Part shown: positions 28,908-38,995 of the stretch, piece after piece
How positions within the stretch are numbered: position 1 is the stretch's first letter
How the letters are laid out: the number at the start of each line of letters is the position of its first letter
DNA from: Terriglobia bacterium
Lineage (GTDB): Bacteria > Acidobacteriota > Terriglobia > 2-12-FULL-54-10
Length of the DNA: 64,000 nucleotides
NCBI GenBank assembly: GCA_963666975.2
Contig: CAXVYR010000003.1
Span: 512,001-576,000, forward strand
Reading direction: 5' to 3'
Program-made: the position numbers and the translations under genes
The notes under the pieces: generated by a model
Databases searched by the model: none
Seen by the model: the letters and a program-made list of their open reading frames with translations, nothing else
What the model was told of the DNA's origin: nothing

Positions 28908-30008
28908 TTACCCTTGCCCTCCGGTATCTCCTTGAACCTCTTCTTGGTATTCGATCCCATCCATATCCAATTCTATGCCAGCCCCTTTTTCCCGGGCCAA
29001 CTGATAAATACGGGCTCCGAGCGCCACGTCACAGACTCCTTGGCCGGCGTTGTTCTTGAACAAGGTGATCTGTTCGGGATCGGTGCGGCCGGGCGCTTTG
29101 CCGGAGAAAATCTCAGGAAGTTCCCAAATTTGGTCCCAACTGAGAAGCCCTCTCTCCACACGGTCATAAATATCGGCTTGCTGATCCTGCTGCGCTTGTT
29201 CCCGGGAACAGAGCACAATACGGTCCGCGCGCCGGATAGTTTCATCATCCAACTCCCGGCGTTTTTTGCTGACGAACCCGCCACGCAGCAGCCCCACGTT
29301 GCTTGCCACGATGGATACTACGTGCGTGCCCGGCTGTAACCATGCGCCGTCCATCACCGGAACATTGGAGTTGGTGGCCGCCACCACGATGTCGGCGCCC
29401 TCGACGGCTTCCCGTGCGCTGCGTACCGCTTCTATTTCGATCCCCGGGGTTGCCATCGTGCGGGCAAAGGCACTGCGGTTCTCCGGGTTGCGGCTATAAA
29501 CTTTCACGGTTGTGAACAAATAAAGCTGCTGAAGGGCCAGTAGATGGTATTTCGCCTGAGCGCCCGCACCCAGCAATCCGATCCGGCGTGAGTCAGGCCG
29601 GGCGAGTTGCTTGGTTCCGACCGCGCTGGTGGCCGCCGTGCGCAAAGCCGTCACGCCGTTCAGGGGAAGTTCTTTCGGCTGCGGTTCTCCCACCAGGATT
29701 GCCGTCAGTTCTCCGGTCTGGGTGCTGTAAAGCACATGGACAGGCCGGCCTCGCAGACGATACCGCTGGGTGCCGTCACCCTGGATGCTTACATGCTCGC
29801 AATGAGTCATCAATCCTGTGGCCTCTAGTTTAGGCACCCCACCCTGATGCACGCTCACACGCACTCCGGAAGGAACATGAATCCGCCGCCGGGGAGCATT
29901 GATTTCCGGCAACTCCGCCCATTGCCGGAAACTTTCCTCCACTGCCTCAATCGCCTCTTTCATGCTGATCAGCTGGCGCATCTCGCCGGGACGAATCAAA
30001 AGGACCAT
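28908..30008 (-). CDS. Ornithine cyclodeaminase / mu-crystallin family protein
   Basis: TALRTAATSA, GAGAQA, ADIVVAATNS, GRTDPEQITLFKN. Confidence 0.9.
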   Translation of the reverse strand: MVLLIRPGEMRQLISMKEAIEAVEESFRQWAELPEINAPRRRIHVPSGVRVSVHQGGVPKLEATGLMTHCEHVSIQGDGTQRYRLRGRPVHVLYSTQTGELTAILVGEPQPKELPLNGVTALRTAATSAVGTKQLARPDSRRIGLLGAGAQAKYHLLALQQLYLFTTVKVYSRNPENRSAFARTMATPGIEIEAVRSAREAVEGADIVVAATNSNVPVMDGAWLQPGTHVVSIVASNVGLLRGGFVSKKRRELDDETIRRADRIVLCSREQAQQDQQADIYDRVERGLLSWDQIWELPEIFSGKAPGRTDPEQITLFKNNAGQGVCDVALGARIYQLAREKGAGIELDMDGIEYQEEVQGDTGGQG

Positions 30009-30146
30009 GTTTTCCTCCAAGCGTTGAGACTTTATCATGCCGGGCTTGCACTTCCAACCACGCAATCGCGGGAAGCGGAGGAAAGCGTACCGATATCAGG
30101 TTATGTCAGAAACAACGTTTTAGGCGCGCCCTCCAGCTGCTCCCGC

Positions 30147-30176
30147 TTGACAAACCGATTCTCACCTGTATAGATT
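30147..30176 (+). promoter_or_regulatory. Putative sigma70 promoter of dprA
   Basis: TTGACA-18 nt-TAGATT. Confidence 0.45.
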
Positions 30177-30202
30177 TTCTCCGACTTGCAAAGAGGGGAA
30201 AC

Positions 30203-31345
30203 TTGACGGCACCTGGCAAAAAAACAGAAGAGGAGATGCATTGGTTAGCCTTGCGATTGGTTCCCGGCCTGGGCACACGGGTTGCCCTGCGCTTGGTAGA
30301 AGCTCTTGGGTCCGCCCTGGACGTATTCCGCGCTTCTTCAACCGAGCTGGAGGCTCTGGGCGTCTCCTCCCACGTTGTTCGGAACATCGCGGCAGGCACG
30401 GTGTATGAGGAAGCAATCCGCGAGGCCGAGAGGGCCAGGCAACTGGGGATATCGTTTCTGACCTTCAGAAGTTCAGATTATCCTCAGTTGCTGAAAGAAA
30501 TATTTGATCCCCCGTTGCTTCTTTATGCGCAGGGGAATATCGACTTACTGAAATCGCCGGGCTTGGCAATCGTCGGAGCGCGCAAACCCACCGCCTATGG
30601 GAGAGCGATCACCGGAAGACTGGCTTCCGATTTGGCGAACCGTGGTCTAACCATCGTCAGCGGCTTGGCGCGGGGCATCGATTCAACCGCGCATCGCGGC
30701 GCTTTGGATGCGGGCGGGAAAACCATCGGAGTGCTGGGTTCCGGCATTGACGTGGTTTATCCGGCGGAGAGCAAAAAACTGTTTGCCGAGATTGCCGAGA
30801 AGGGACTGCTGCTGTCGGAGTTTACGGTCGGCTCGTTTCCAGCGCCGCAAAACTTCCCGATTCGCAACCGGATCATCAGCGGTCTCTCGCTGGGTGTCGT
30901 GATTGTGGAGGCGGCCCAGTACAGCGGATCGCTGATTACGGCGCGGCTGGCGATGGAACAAAACCGGGAAGTTTTTGCAGTACCTGGTTCGCTCACCAAC
31001 CGTTTCAGTTGGGGGCCGCACATTCTCATCAAACAGGGAGCAAAGCTGGTGCAAGATTGGCGTGATATAGTGGAAGAACTGCCTGCGAAAGTGCGCCAGG
31101 AGCTTTCTTCCCCGCAGGATGCAACGGAAAGCGCGGATAAGGCATCTTTATCTGCTGAATCTCTTTCGGCACCGGGGAAAGCAATATATGACTTGCTGAA
31201 AGTCGATGAACCCGTTCATATTGATGAGGTTTTGGATGCTCTGCCGCAATTTTCCTCTTCGCTGATTCTGGCGAATTTGCTCGATTTGGAGTTCAGGAGC
31301 TTGGTGCGGCAGTTGCCGGGAAAAAATTTTGTGAAAACTTTATAG
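30203..31345 (+). CDS. dprA: DNA-processing protein DprA
   Basis: IVGARK, IVSGLARGID, FPIRNRIISGLS, SGSLITA; upstream of topA; start may be ATG 30236. Confidence 0.96.
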   Translation: MTAPGKKTEEEMHWLALRLVPGLGTRVALRLVEALGSALDVFRASSTELEALGVSSHVVRNIAAGTVYEEAIREAERARQLGISFLTFRSSDYPQLLKEIFDPPLLLYAQGNIDLLKSPGLAIVGARKPTAYGRAITGRLASDLANRGLTIVSGLARGIDSTAHRGALDAGGKTIGVLGSGIDVVYPAESKKLFAEIAEKGLLLSEFTVGSFPAPQNFPIRNRIISGLSLGVVIVEAAQYSGSLITARLAMEQNREVFAVPGSLTNRFSWGPHILIKQGAKLVQDWRDIVEELPAKVRQELSSPQDATESADKASLSAESLSAPGKAIYDLLKVDEPVHIDEVLDALPQFSSSLILANLLDLEFRSLVRQLPGKNFVKTL

Positions 31346-31393
31346 AGGAAATGCCGATCTAAAATAGGGCACAATTGCAAAAGTTAGGTATCT

Positions 31394-33949
31394 ATGGCGA
31401 AGGTAACAAAGGCGGCGAAGACAACAAAGACAAAAACTGCGACCAAAACAAAAGTAAAGGCAAAGGGAGCCTCCCTGGCTGGCGACAAGACAACGGGAAG
31501 CAGGTCGGAGGGCAAATTCCTGGTCATTGTCGAGTCGCCGGCAAAAGCTAAGACCATCAATCGCTACCTGGGTGGGAACTACTTGGTGAAGGCATCCCTG
31601 GGGCATGTCAAGGATTTGCCCCGGAAGAAACTTGGAGTGGACGTGGAAGATAACTTTCGTCCCACCTACGAGGAGATTCCTTCCAAGGCGAAGGTCATTC
31701 GCGAACTCAAAGAAACGGCCAAGAAAGCCAGCGTGATTTATCTGGCGGCGGACCCGGACCGGGAGGGCGAGGCGATTTGCCAGCATCTGGCCGAGGAGTT
31801 GCGAAACGGCAAGAAGGTTCATCGGGTTACTTTCAACGAAATTACTCGCAGTTCCATCCGAAAGGCTTTTGAGAATCCGGGGGTGATAGACGAGAAGTTG
31901 GTGGCGGCCCAACAGGCGCGGCGAATCCTGGACCGGCTGGTGGGCTATCAGGTTAGCCCCTTGCTGTGGGACAAAGTGCGCAGAGGTATCTCGGCGGGCC
32001 GGGTGCAAACTGTGGCTCTGCGGATTATCGTCGAGCGGGACCGGGAAATTCGGGACTTCCAGCGGGAAGAATATTGGACTATTACAATCAACCTGAGCGC
32101 TCAAAATCCGCCGCCCTTCGATGCCAGACTGGTCAAGGTGCAAGGAAAAGATGTGATAACCGGCGGGGAGAGCGGGAATAAGAGCATCCTGGCGCAGTCG
32201 GAAAAAGGGAAGTTTTTAATCAGCAATGAGGGCGAGGCTCAGAGCATTCGGGATCATCTGGCCCAGGAGCAGTTTGCCGTCAATTCGACCGCTACCAAGG
32301 AGAGACGCCGCAATCCGGTACCGCCTTTCATTACCAGCAAGCTGCAACAGGATGCGGCCCGCAAGTTGCGCTTCAGCGTAAAGCGGACCATGGTGCTGGC
32401 ACAACGGCTGTACGAGGGCGTGGAATGCGGCGAAGAGGGCGTTGTGGGTTTGATTACCTATATGCGCTCGGACTCCACGCGCGTTTCGCAAGATGCGCTG
32501 GGCGAGGTGCGCGATCATATCCGCAGCAGCTACGGCGAAACCTACCTGCCGGAAGGTCCGAATTTTTACCGGAGCAAAAAGGGCGCGCAAGACGCGCACG
32601 AGGCGATCCGTCCGACCTCTGTCCTGCGCACGCCGGACCGGATGACCCCGTATCTGTCAGAAGACGGAGCCAAGCTGTACCGGCTGATCTGGCAGCGCTT
32701 TGTCGCTTCCCAGATGTTGCCGGCGCTCTTTGATCAGACAACGATTGAAATCCGGGCGGGCGAGTTTGGGCTCCGCGCCAGCGGGTCGGTTCGCAAGTTC
32801 GACGGCTTTTTGAAGGTCTACGAAGAAGGCAAGGACCAAAAAGACGAAGAAGACGAGCAGTTGCAGCACACCCTGCCCCCGGTGACACAGGGAGAGCTGC
32901 TGCGAATGCTTCAGGTCACGCCGGAACAGCACTTTACGGAGCCGCCTCCACGCTACAACGAAGCGACCCTGGTAAAAGAACTCGAAGAGAAGGGGATCGG
33001 ACGGCCTTCCACCTATGCCTCCATCCTCAGCACCATCCAAGACCGTGAATATGTGCAGAAACAGCAGGGGCGGTTATTCCCCACAGAGTTGGGAATGGTC
33101 GTGACTGACCTGCTGGTCGAGAACTTCACTGAGATTTTTGACGTCGCCTATACGGCCAAGATGGAAGACGCGCTGGATGAGATCGAAGAGGGGAAACAGG
33201 ATTGGGTTGCGGCTCTGAGCGATTTCTATAAGAAGTTTGCCAAGGATCTGAAATACGCCGAAAAACATATGGTCAATCTAAAGGCCATGGGAAAACCGAC
33301 GGATTTGCTTTGCGAGAAGTGCAACAGCCCGATGGTTGTGAAATGGGGCCGCCACGGAAGCTTCCTGGCCTGCTCGGCCTATCCGGATTGCACCAATACG
33401 CGCGAGGTCGCTGCCGCCTTGCCGGACTTGAATGTCTCCGAGATTCGGACAGAAGAGCCGGATGAACATTGCGAAAATTGCGGCCGTCCGATGGTTTTGA
33501 AACGCGGGCAATTCGGACAATTTCTGGCCTGCAGCGGCTACCCGGATTGCAAGACCACGCGCCAAATCGGCCAGGGGGAGAAAAAACCTGCGATTCCTAC
33601 GGATGAAAACTGCCCGCAGTGCAGCAGCCAGATGGTCATCCGCCAAGGACGGTTTGGCGAATTTACCGCCTGCAGCAACTACCCCAAATGCAAATACGTC
33701 AAGCAGAAGCTCATCGGGGTCCAGTGCCCGGAGTGCAACCAAGGCCAACTGGTGGAAAAGCGTTCGCGGTGGGGAAAAGCTTTTTACAGCTGCGAGCGTT
33801 ACCCCGAGTGCAAGTACAGCGTCCGAGATAAACCGGTTCCGCAGAAGTGTCCCCAGTGTGGATCGGCTTTCCTTCTCGAAAAAAATCGCAAGGACGGCAC
33901 CGTCCTGGAGTGCCCCGGCGAAAACTGCAACTACCAGCAAGCCGCCTAG
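31394..33949 (+). CDS. topA: DNA topoisomerase I with five C-terminal zinc ribbons
   Basis: IVESPAKAKTI, DPDREGE, SAGRVQ, LITYMR, AHEAIRPT, GIGRPSTY. Confidence 0.98.
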   Translation: MAKVTKAAKTTKTKTATKTKVKAKGASLAGDKTTGSRSEGKFLVIVESPAKAKTINRYLGGNYLVKASLGHVKDLPRKKLGVDVEDNFRPTYEEIPSKAKVIRELKETAKKASVIYLAADPDREGEAICQHLAEELRNGKKVHRVTFNEITRSSIRKAFENPGVIDEKLVAAQQARRILDRLVGYQVSPLLWDKVRRGISAGRVQTVALRIIVERDREIRDFQREEYWTITINLSAQNPPPFDARLVKVQGKDVITGGESGNKSILAQSEKGKFLISNEGEAQSIRDHLAQEQFAVNSTATKERRRNPVPPFITSKLQQDAARKLRFSVKRTMVLAQRLYEGVECGEEGVVGLITYMRSDSTRVSQDALGEVRDHIRSSYGETYLPEGPNFYRSKKGAQDAHEAIRPTSVLRTPDRMTPYLSEDGAKLYRLIWQRFVASQMLPALFDQTTIEIRAGEFGLRASGSVRKFDGFLKVYEEGKDQKDEEDEQLQHTLPPVTQGELLRMLQVTPEQHFTEPPPRYNEATLVKELEEKGIGRPSTYASILSTIQDREYVQKQQGRLFPTELGMVVTDLLVENFTEIFDVAYTAKMEDALDEIEEGKQDWVAALSDFYKKFAKDLKYAEKHMVNLKAMGKPTDLLCEKCNSPMVVKWGRHGSFLACSAYPDCTNTREVAAALPDLNVSEIRTEEPDEHCENCGRPMVLKRGQFGQFLACSGYPDCKTTRQIGQGEKKPAIPTDENCPQCSSQMVIRQGRFGEFTACSNYPKCKYVKQKLIGVQCPECNQGQLVEKRSRWGKAFYSCERYPECKYSVRDKPVPQKCPQCGSAFLLEKNRKDGTVLECPGENCNYQQAA

Positions 33950-34106
33950 TGGTTTGCAAGTGTGCTGTTGCTGTCGCCCAAACGGGACCGCCGTCCGGAC
34001 ACACGATGAGCACTCCAGTTGCTTCCAGGCACAAATAACCCCGGCTGTTTCTCCTTTCACTGCACGAGTCTTGGAAATTTCCTCTGGCTGCCTGTAAGCT
34101 GGCAAA

Positions 34107-35201
34107 ATGATGCAGGCGGCCAAGCAGAAACCTTCGGGCAGGGAACTGTTGCGCAGCTTGCTGCGCAACTCGCCGTTTGTCCTGAAAAACTTCAGGCATT
34201 ACTTTCAGAATCTTTACCGCCGCAAAATCCTGCGCACCAACGTCATTGCCCCTTACGCCGCTGTGCTTTACGCAACCCACAGATGCAACCTGGCCTGCAC
34301 CTACTGCACGCAGAAGGAACCGGACGTATTCAGCGACGAACTTTCCACCCAGGACACGATTCGCCTGCTTCGGATCATCCGGAGAGAGACCGACTCAATT
34401 CTGTTCACCGGCGGCGAGCCGCTCCTGCGCAATGACATTGAAGAGCTGGCGCGTGCCGCCCGCCAGGATTTGCAGTTCCGTTCCGTCCTTCTGGTGACCA
34501 ACGGCACTTTGTTGCACCGTCGGCAGAAACTGTTCGATTCGCTCACCGGCCTGATCGTTAGTCTGGACGCGCTCAGTCTGGACGCGCTCCGTGACGATAG
34601 GCCCGGTGGAGACGAGCAAATGTCCCTGTCGAAGCCAGCCGTGGTGCCCAAGGTGTTGGAGCACTTGCAACTGGCTCGCTCCCGCATGCCTTCCGCGCGG
34701 AGCATCACGGTCAGTACTGTGATCGAGGAATGGAACATCGGAGAGATCGAACGGATTCTCGACTACTGCGGGGAGCAAGGTTTTGTTTTCGCCACCCAAG
34801 CGGCGCTCCAAGGTAAGATGCCGAACCTGCGCCTGCTTTCTAATCCGCGCTACCGGCGTCTGGTGGACAAAATCGTAGAGCGCCGGCGGCAGGCCGCCCA
34901 GCCTGTCAACGGCACGCCGCGCCTTCTTCGTACCTTGCTCGAGTTCGGCGATTTCCAGTGCCACCCTACGATGTTTCCCCGTGTCTATCCGAACGGCGAT
35001 GTCTTCTATCCCTGCGAGCCGCTGAAGAAGATCGGCGGAAACTTATTGCGAGAGGGATCCTTTACCAAGGTCTTTGCGCGGGGAAAGAAACTTTACGGAG
35101 ACATCCCTGCCTGCCAGGGAATTTGCCACCTGTTCGGAAACGTAGTTTCCTCATATTACGCCAAAGACTTCTGGAGCTTGGCCGGGGACTCTGTCCGCTG
35201 A
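34107..35201 (+). CDS. Radical SAM protein with C-terminal Cys-containing (SPASM/twitch-like) region
   Basis: CNLACTYC, FTGGEPLL, VTNG; C-terminal CHP...PNGDVFYPC...CQGIC. Confidence 0.88.
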   Translation: MMQAAKQKPSGRELLRSLLRNSPFVLKNFRHYFQNLYRRKILRTNVIAPYAAVLYATHRCNLACTYCTQKEPDVFSDELSTQDTIRLLRIIRRETDSILFTGGEPLLRNDIEELARAARQDLQFRSVLLVTNGTLLHRRQKLFDSLTGLIVSLDALSLDALRDDRPGGDEQMSLSKPAVVPKVLEHLQLARSRMPSARSITVSTVIEEWNIGEIERILDYCGEQGFVFATQAALQGKMPNLRLLSNPRYRRLVDKIVERRRQAAQPVNGTPRLLRTLLEFGDFQCHPTMFPRVYPNGDVFYPCEPLKKIGGNLLREGSFTKVFARGKKLYGDIPACQGICHLFGNVVSSYYAKDFWSLAGDSVR

Positions 35202-35230
35202 GCTGTAAATTATTATAGGGCAGCCGGAAG

Positions 35231-35839
35231 CTACCCGATCACGGGCAGTTCCTTGCGCAAGTGGTTGCGCAAGGTGGTCTCTGCAATCTGCGCCAGGTGC
35301 CCCGAAAAGAAACCATCGTAGTGAAAAGCGGCAGTGGTTTCCTGGAATTCGACCAGTAGTTGCCAGCCACCGCCGGCTTCTTCCGCGCGGACCGAGGAAA
35401 CGACAGGCCAGGGAATCTCAAGCAATGGGCGATGTTCGAGATCGAGCACGTGGAAGCGTTCCGGAGCAATAAACAGACGTGCCGGCAGTGTCTTCCCGTC
35501 TGTACGCCGGAATCGCCCGCCGTTCAGCACCACTAACGCTCCCAGCTCCCGCGCTTGCTCATCCACGGACTTTTCTTGCTGAGCAGGACGTACCGCCAGG
35601 GCCAGTAAAATCAGCAGCAGGGCAAACAGGTGAAATCCGATTGAGGTTTCCGGAGCAGCAAACAAGAGGACTCCAATCACTGCCACTCCGAACCGGAGCA
35701 GATTCCACAATCCTGGACGCTTACGCAGGCTCAGCGTCTTGGGAATCAGCAGCACCAGGGCAAACAGAAACCACAGTGCCGCACGCCGCAGACGGTTGGA
35801 CCAGCGCACTTCCGTTTGTTTGAATGAGTCATTTGCCAT
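35231..35839 (-). CDS. Hypothetical membrane protein
   Basis: Three hydrophobic segments then a beta-rich soluble domain. Confidence 0.7.
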   Translation of the reverse strand: MANDSFKQTEVRWSNRLRRAALWFLFALVLLIPKTLSLRKRPGLWNLLRFGVAVIGVLLFAAPETSIGFHLFALLLILLALAVRPAQQEKSVDEQARELGALVVLNGGRFRRTDGKTLPARLFIAPERFHVLDLEHRPLLEIPWPVVSSVRAEEAGGGWQLLVEFQETTAAFHYDGFFSGHLAQIAETTLRNHLRKELPVIG

Positions 35840-35999
35840 ATTTTAGAGACGGCCAACATTCCCGCCCAGCCGAGGACCGTGGTGCGATCTGCGTGCAGCG
35901 CCAAGATACAGACTCAGGCGCTTCGAGGTCTCGCCATGCCGCCATGATCTAATATTATAATGCGCTATAATCAAGCCGCGCGAATTAAGCGCGTCAGGG

Positions 36000-37457
36000 T
36001 TGCCTTTGACTTCCACCTTTCGGGTTCGCTTTGCTCCTTCTCCAACAGGCTATTTGCATGTGGGAGGAGCCCGCACGGCTCTGTTCAACTGGCTCTTTGC
36101 CAGGCGCACCGGAGCCACTTTCGTCCTGCGGATTGAGGACACCGATGCCGAGCGCTCCAGCGCGGAGATGGTGGAAGGCATCTTGACCAGCATGAGATGG
36201 CTGGGCCTGGAATGGGATGAAGGGCCTTTTTATCAATCGCAACGATTGGATTTGTACCGCGCTATCGCGCAAAAGCTGATGGAAGCGGACCACGCCTACC
36301 GCTGCTATTGCACGCCGGAAGAGTTGACTGCGCGCCGGGCGAAGGACGAAAACACCCGGCAGGCGTGGGAGTACGATGGCCGCTGCCGGTCGCTCTCTCC
36401 GGACCAGAAACGGCAGATGGCCGCAGAGAAGCGCTCTTTTGTCGTCCGCTTTCATGTTCCCGAGACGGGGCGCACCGAATTTCACGATACGGTCTTTGGA
36501 AACGTCTCGTTCTCCAATGACGAGATCGAGGACTTTGTACTGCTGCGCTCCGACGGGCTGCCCACCTACCACCTCAGCGTGGTGGCCGACGATTGCGATA
36601 TGCGCATCACGCACGTCATCCGCGGGGCCGATCATCTGTCCAATACTCCCAAACACGTCTTGCTGTACCGCGCCCTGGAGCAGCCGGTTCCTGTTTTTGC
36701 TCACGTGCCGCTTATTTTGGGTGAGGATCGTTCGCGACTCAGCAAGCGCCACGGGGCCACGGCCGTCAGCGCTTATCGCGAGCGCGGCCTGCTGCCGGAG
36801 GCCTTTCGCAATTTTCTGGCGCTGCTCGGATGGTCTCCGGGTGACAATCGGGAGCTGCTGCGAACCGGAGAGCTGATCCAGGCGTTTTCGCTCGAAGCCA
36901 TCAGCAAGAGTAACGCCGTCTTCAACCTTCCGAAGCTGGAGTGGTTCAATGCGGAATATATGCAGCTACTCACTGCGGAAGAGTTGGCGCCCATGGCGGA
37001 GGAATCGCTGTTGGTTGCCGGATGCTGGGATGCGTCGTGGGGAGGGGAGGGCCGGGAATGGTTCCTGCGCGCGCTGAAATTGCTCCAGCCGCGTCTGCGG
37101 ACCTTCAAAGACCTCTCCGGCTCGGCAAGAGCCTATTTCCGGGACGACTACCCGCTGGACCCGTCTGCGGTGAGGAAATTTTGGAAGGACCCGCTTTTGG
37201 CGGAGTTGTTGCCTGTCTTGGCGGAAGATTTGGCTCAATTGCCTCAGTTCGGCGAAGCAGAGGCGGAGAAGGCGCTACGAGCGCTTGCAGCGAACCAAGG
37301 TGTGAAGGCGGGTTTGTTGATTAACGCTTCCCGTGTAGCCTTGACCGGGCAGGCCGTGGCTCCGAGCCTGTTTGCGGTGATGGGACTATTGGGGCAAGAA
37401 AAGACGGTTGCTCGTCTTCGCGCTGCTGGCAGTCAACTTCCAACGCAAGCGGGATGA
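36000..37457 (+). CDS. gltX: Glutamate--tRNA ligase
   Basis: RFAPSPTGYLHVGG, LRIEDTD, RLSKRHG; anticodon-binding domain present. Confidence 0.97.
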   Translation: MPLTSTFRVRFAPSPTGYLHVGGARTALFNWLFARRTGATFVLRIEDTDAERSSAEMVEGILTSMRWLGLEWDEGPFYQSQRLDLYRAIAQKLMEADHAYRCYCTPEELTARRAKDENTRQAWEYDGRCRSLSPDQKRQMAAEKRSFVVRFHVPETGRTEFHDTVFGNVSFSNDEIEDFVLLRSDGLPTYHLSVVADDCDMRITHVIRGADHLSNTPKHVLLYRALEQPVPVFAHVPLILGEDRSRLSKRHGATAVSAYRERGLLPEAFRNFLALLGWSPGDNRELLRTGELIQAFSLEAISKSNAVFNLPKLEWFNAEYMQLLTAEELAPMAEESLLVAGCWDASWGGEGREWFLRALKLLQPRLRTFKDLSGSARAYFRDDYPLDPSAVRKFWKDPLLAELLPVLAEDLAQLPQFGEAEAEKALRALAANQGVKAGLLINASRVALTGQAVAPSLFAVMGLLGQEKTVARLRAAGSQLPTQAG

Positions 37458-37463
37458 GGCGGC

Positions 37464-38027
37464 TTACTCGGTAGGCGCTCCGTTGAGAAGGGTCAGCAAA
37501 TCATCCTCGATGATATCCCGGCTCACCAGTCCCCGGTGCATGGAGTAATACTTCCCGTCGCGATCCACCATATAGGTGGTCGGAAGACCCAGGACTCCGC
37601 CGAACTGCTCGGTGACCTCTTCATCCCCCAGCAGAACCGTATAGGTCATGCCGTGTTTTTCCATAAAAGGCTTTACTACTTCCGCCCCCTCGTCGTCCAA
37701 GGAGATGCCGATCACCTCAAACCCTTGCGGCCCGTACTGCTCCTGAAACTCTAGGAACCAGGGAATCTCGATGAGGCAGGGTTGGCACCATGTAGCCCAG
37801 AAGTTCACCAATAATACCTTGTCCTTGAAGTCAGCCATGCGGACCGTCGCGCCGTCCACGTCGGGCAATTCAAAAGCCGCCGCCTCTTTTCCCCGAATCT
37901 CCGGGACCGAGGGCGGCCTGACGGCGACGTTGCCGGCTACATCTTGCGTGGAGCGCTCTTGCACCCAAAAAAGCCCCATGGCTACTGCCGCTAAAAGCAA
38001 CCCTAGTGTTAATAACTTTCGACTCAA
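37464..38027 (-). CDS. TlpA/ResA family thiol-disulfide oxidoreductase
   Basis: N-terminal TM; NFWATWCQPC; GLPT. Confidence 0.92.
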   Translation of the reverse strand: MSRKLLTLGLLLAAVAMGLFWVQERSTQDVAGNVAVRPPSVPEIRGKEAAAFELPDVDGATVRMADFKDKVLLVNFWATWCQPCLIEIPWFLEFQEQYGPQGFEVIGISLDDEGAEVVKPFMEKHGMTYTVLLGDEEVTEQFGGVLGLPTTYMVDRDGKYYSMHRGLVSRDIIEDDLLTLLNGAPTE

Positions 38028-38134
38028 TTTATTCTCCTCCTATCTTTCTCGGTATCGCAGGCAGAGCCAGGCAACTTGTCCTTGCCCTTATGCATTATAC
38101 TGTCTGCGATAGCTCCGGCAGCCGCTTTTCCTTA

Positions 38135-38857
38135 TTACAGAGCAAATCGGTTGAGAAAAGAGAGATAGCCCGCTAGCCGCGTGAATTGATTGGTAAAGAT
38201 CATCGCTCCCAGCACGATCAGCACGAACCCGGAAAACACCTCCACTTGGTGCAGGTGTGCGCGGAAGCGATTATAAAACTTCAAGAAGTGGTTGATGCCC
38301 AGGCTGGTAAGCAAAAATGGGACCGCCAGGCCCAGCGAGTACAGCGACAGCAAGAAGATGCCCTCCCAAACCGTTTCCCGGCTGGCCGCCACGCCCAGAA
38401 TCGTTGCGAGAATCGGACCGATGCAGGGAGTCCATCCAAAGGCGAACGCCAATCCGATGACCAGCGACCCCCCGGCAGAGGCCGGTTTCCCCGCCGACTG
38501 GAAACGCTTCTCCCGGTTGAACAGACCGATCTTCAAGATGCCCGTAAGGTGAAGTCCGAAAATGATGATCAGCACGCCGGCGATCTTATAGAGGATCGAC
38601 ATGCGCGATAACAACGTTTGCCCCAGCCATGTCGCAGAGGCTCCCAAGCTGATAAAGACGATGGAAAATCCCAGGATGAATAGCAGGGAATGGAGCAAGA
38701 CCTTGTCAAAAACTTTGGTGTCGCTCCCCGTTTTCAGTTCATCCACGCTGGCGCCGGAGATCATGGAGATATAGCCGGGAACCAGCGGGATCACGCAAGG
38801 CGAAAGAAAAGAAATTAGGCCGGCGGCAAAAGCTGCCAGCAGGGAAACGCCTTCCAT
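38135..38857 (-). CDS. ccdA: Cytochrome c biogenesis protein CcdA
   Basis: SFLSPCVIPLVP and FGWTPCIGPIL. Confidence 0.94.
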   Translation of the reverse strand: MEGVSLLAAFAAGLISFLSPCVIPLVPGYISMISGASVDELKTGSDTKVFDKVLLHSLLFILGFSIVFISLGASATWLGQTLLSRMSILYKIAGVLIIIFGLHLTGILKIGLFNREKRFQSAGKPASAGGSLVIGLAFAFGWTPCIGPILATILGVAASRETVWEGIFLLSLYSLGLAVPFLLTSLGINHFLKFYNRFRAHLHQVEVFSGFVLIVLGAMIFTNQFTRLAGYLSFLNRFAL

Positions 38858-38995
38858 AAAGCAGATACCTCACTTCCCAATACTTCCGTGCCCGGCGGTT
38901 CGCGGGACCTTCACTTGCTTGTAGCAGGTCTTGGGGAACCCTGCGAGCATCATGCACTATTATAGATTGCACCAGGCCCCAAAAGGTCGCAAAAT

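Noticed and set aside
34006-34038. 10-codon ORF (MSTPVASRHK) before the radical SAM gene as a RiPP precursor
   Set aside because: No RBS, too short, and no RRE, transporter or protease nearby
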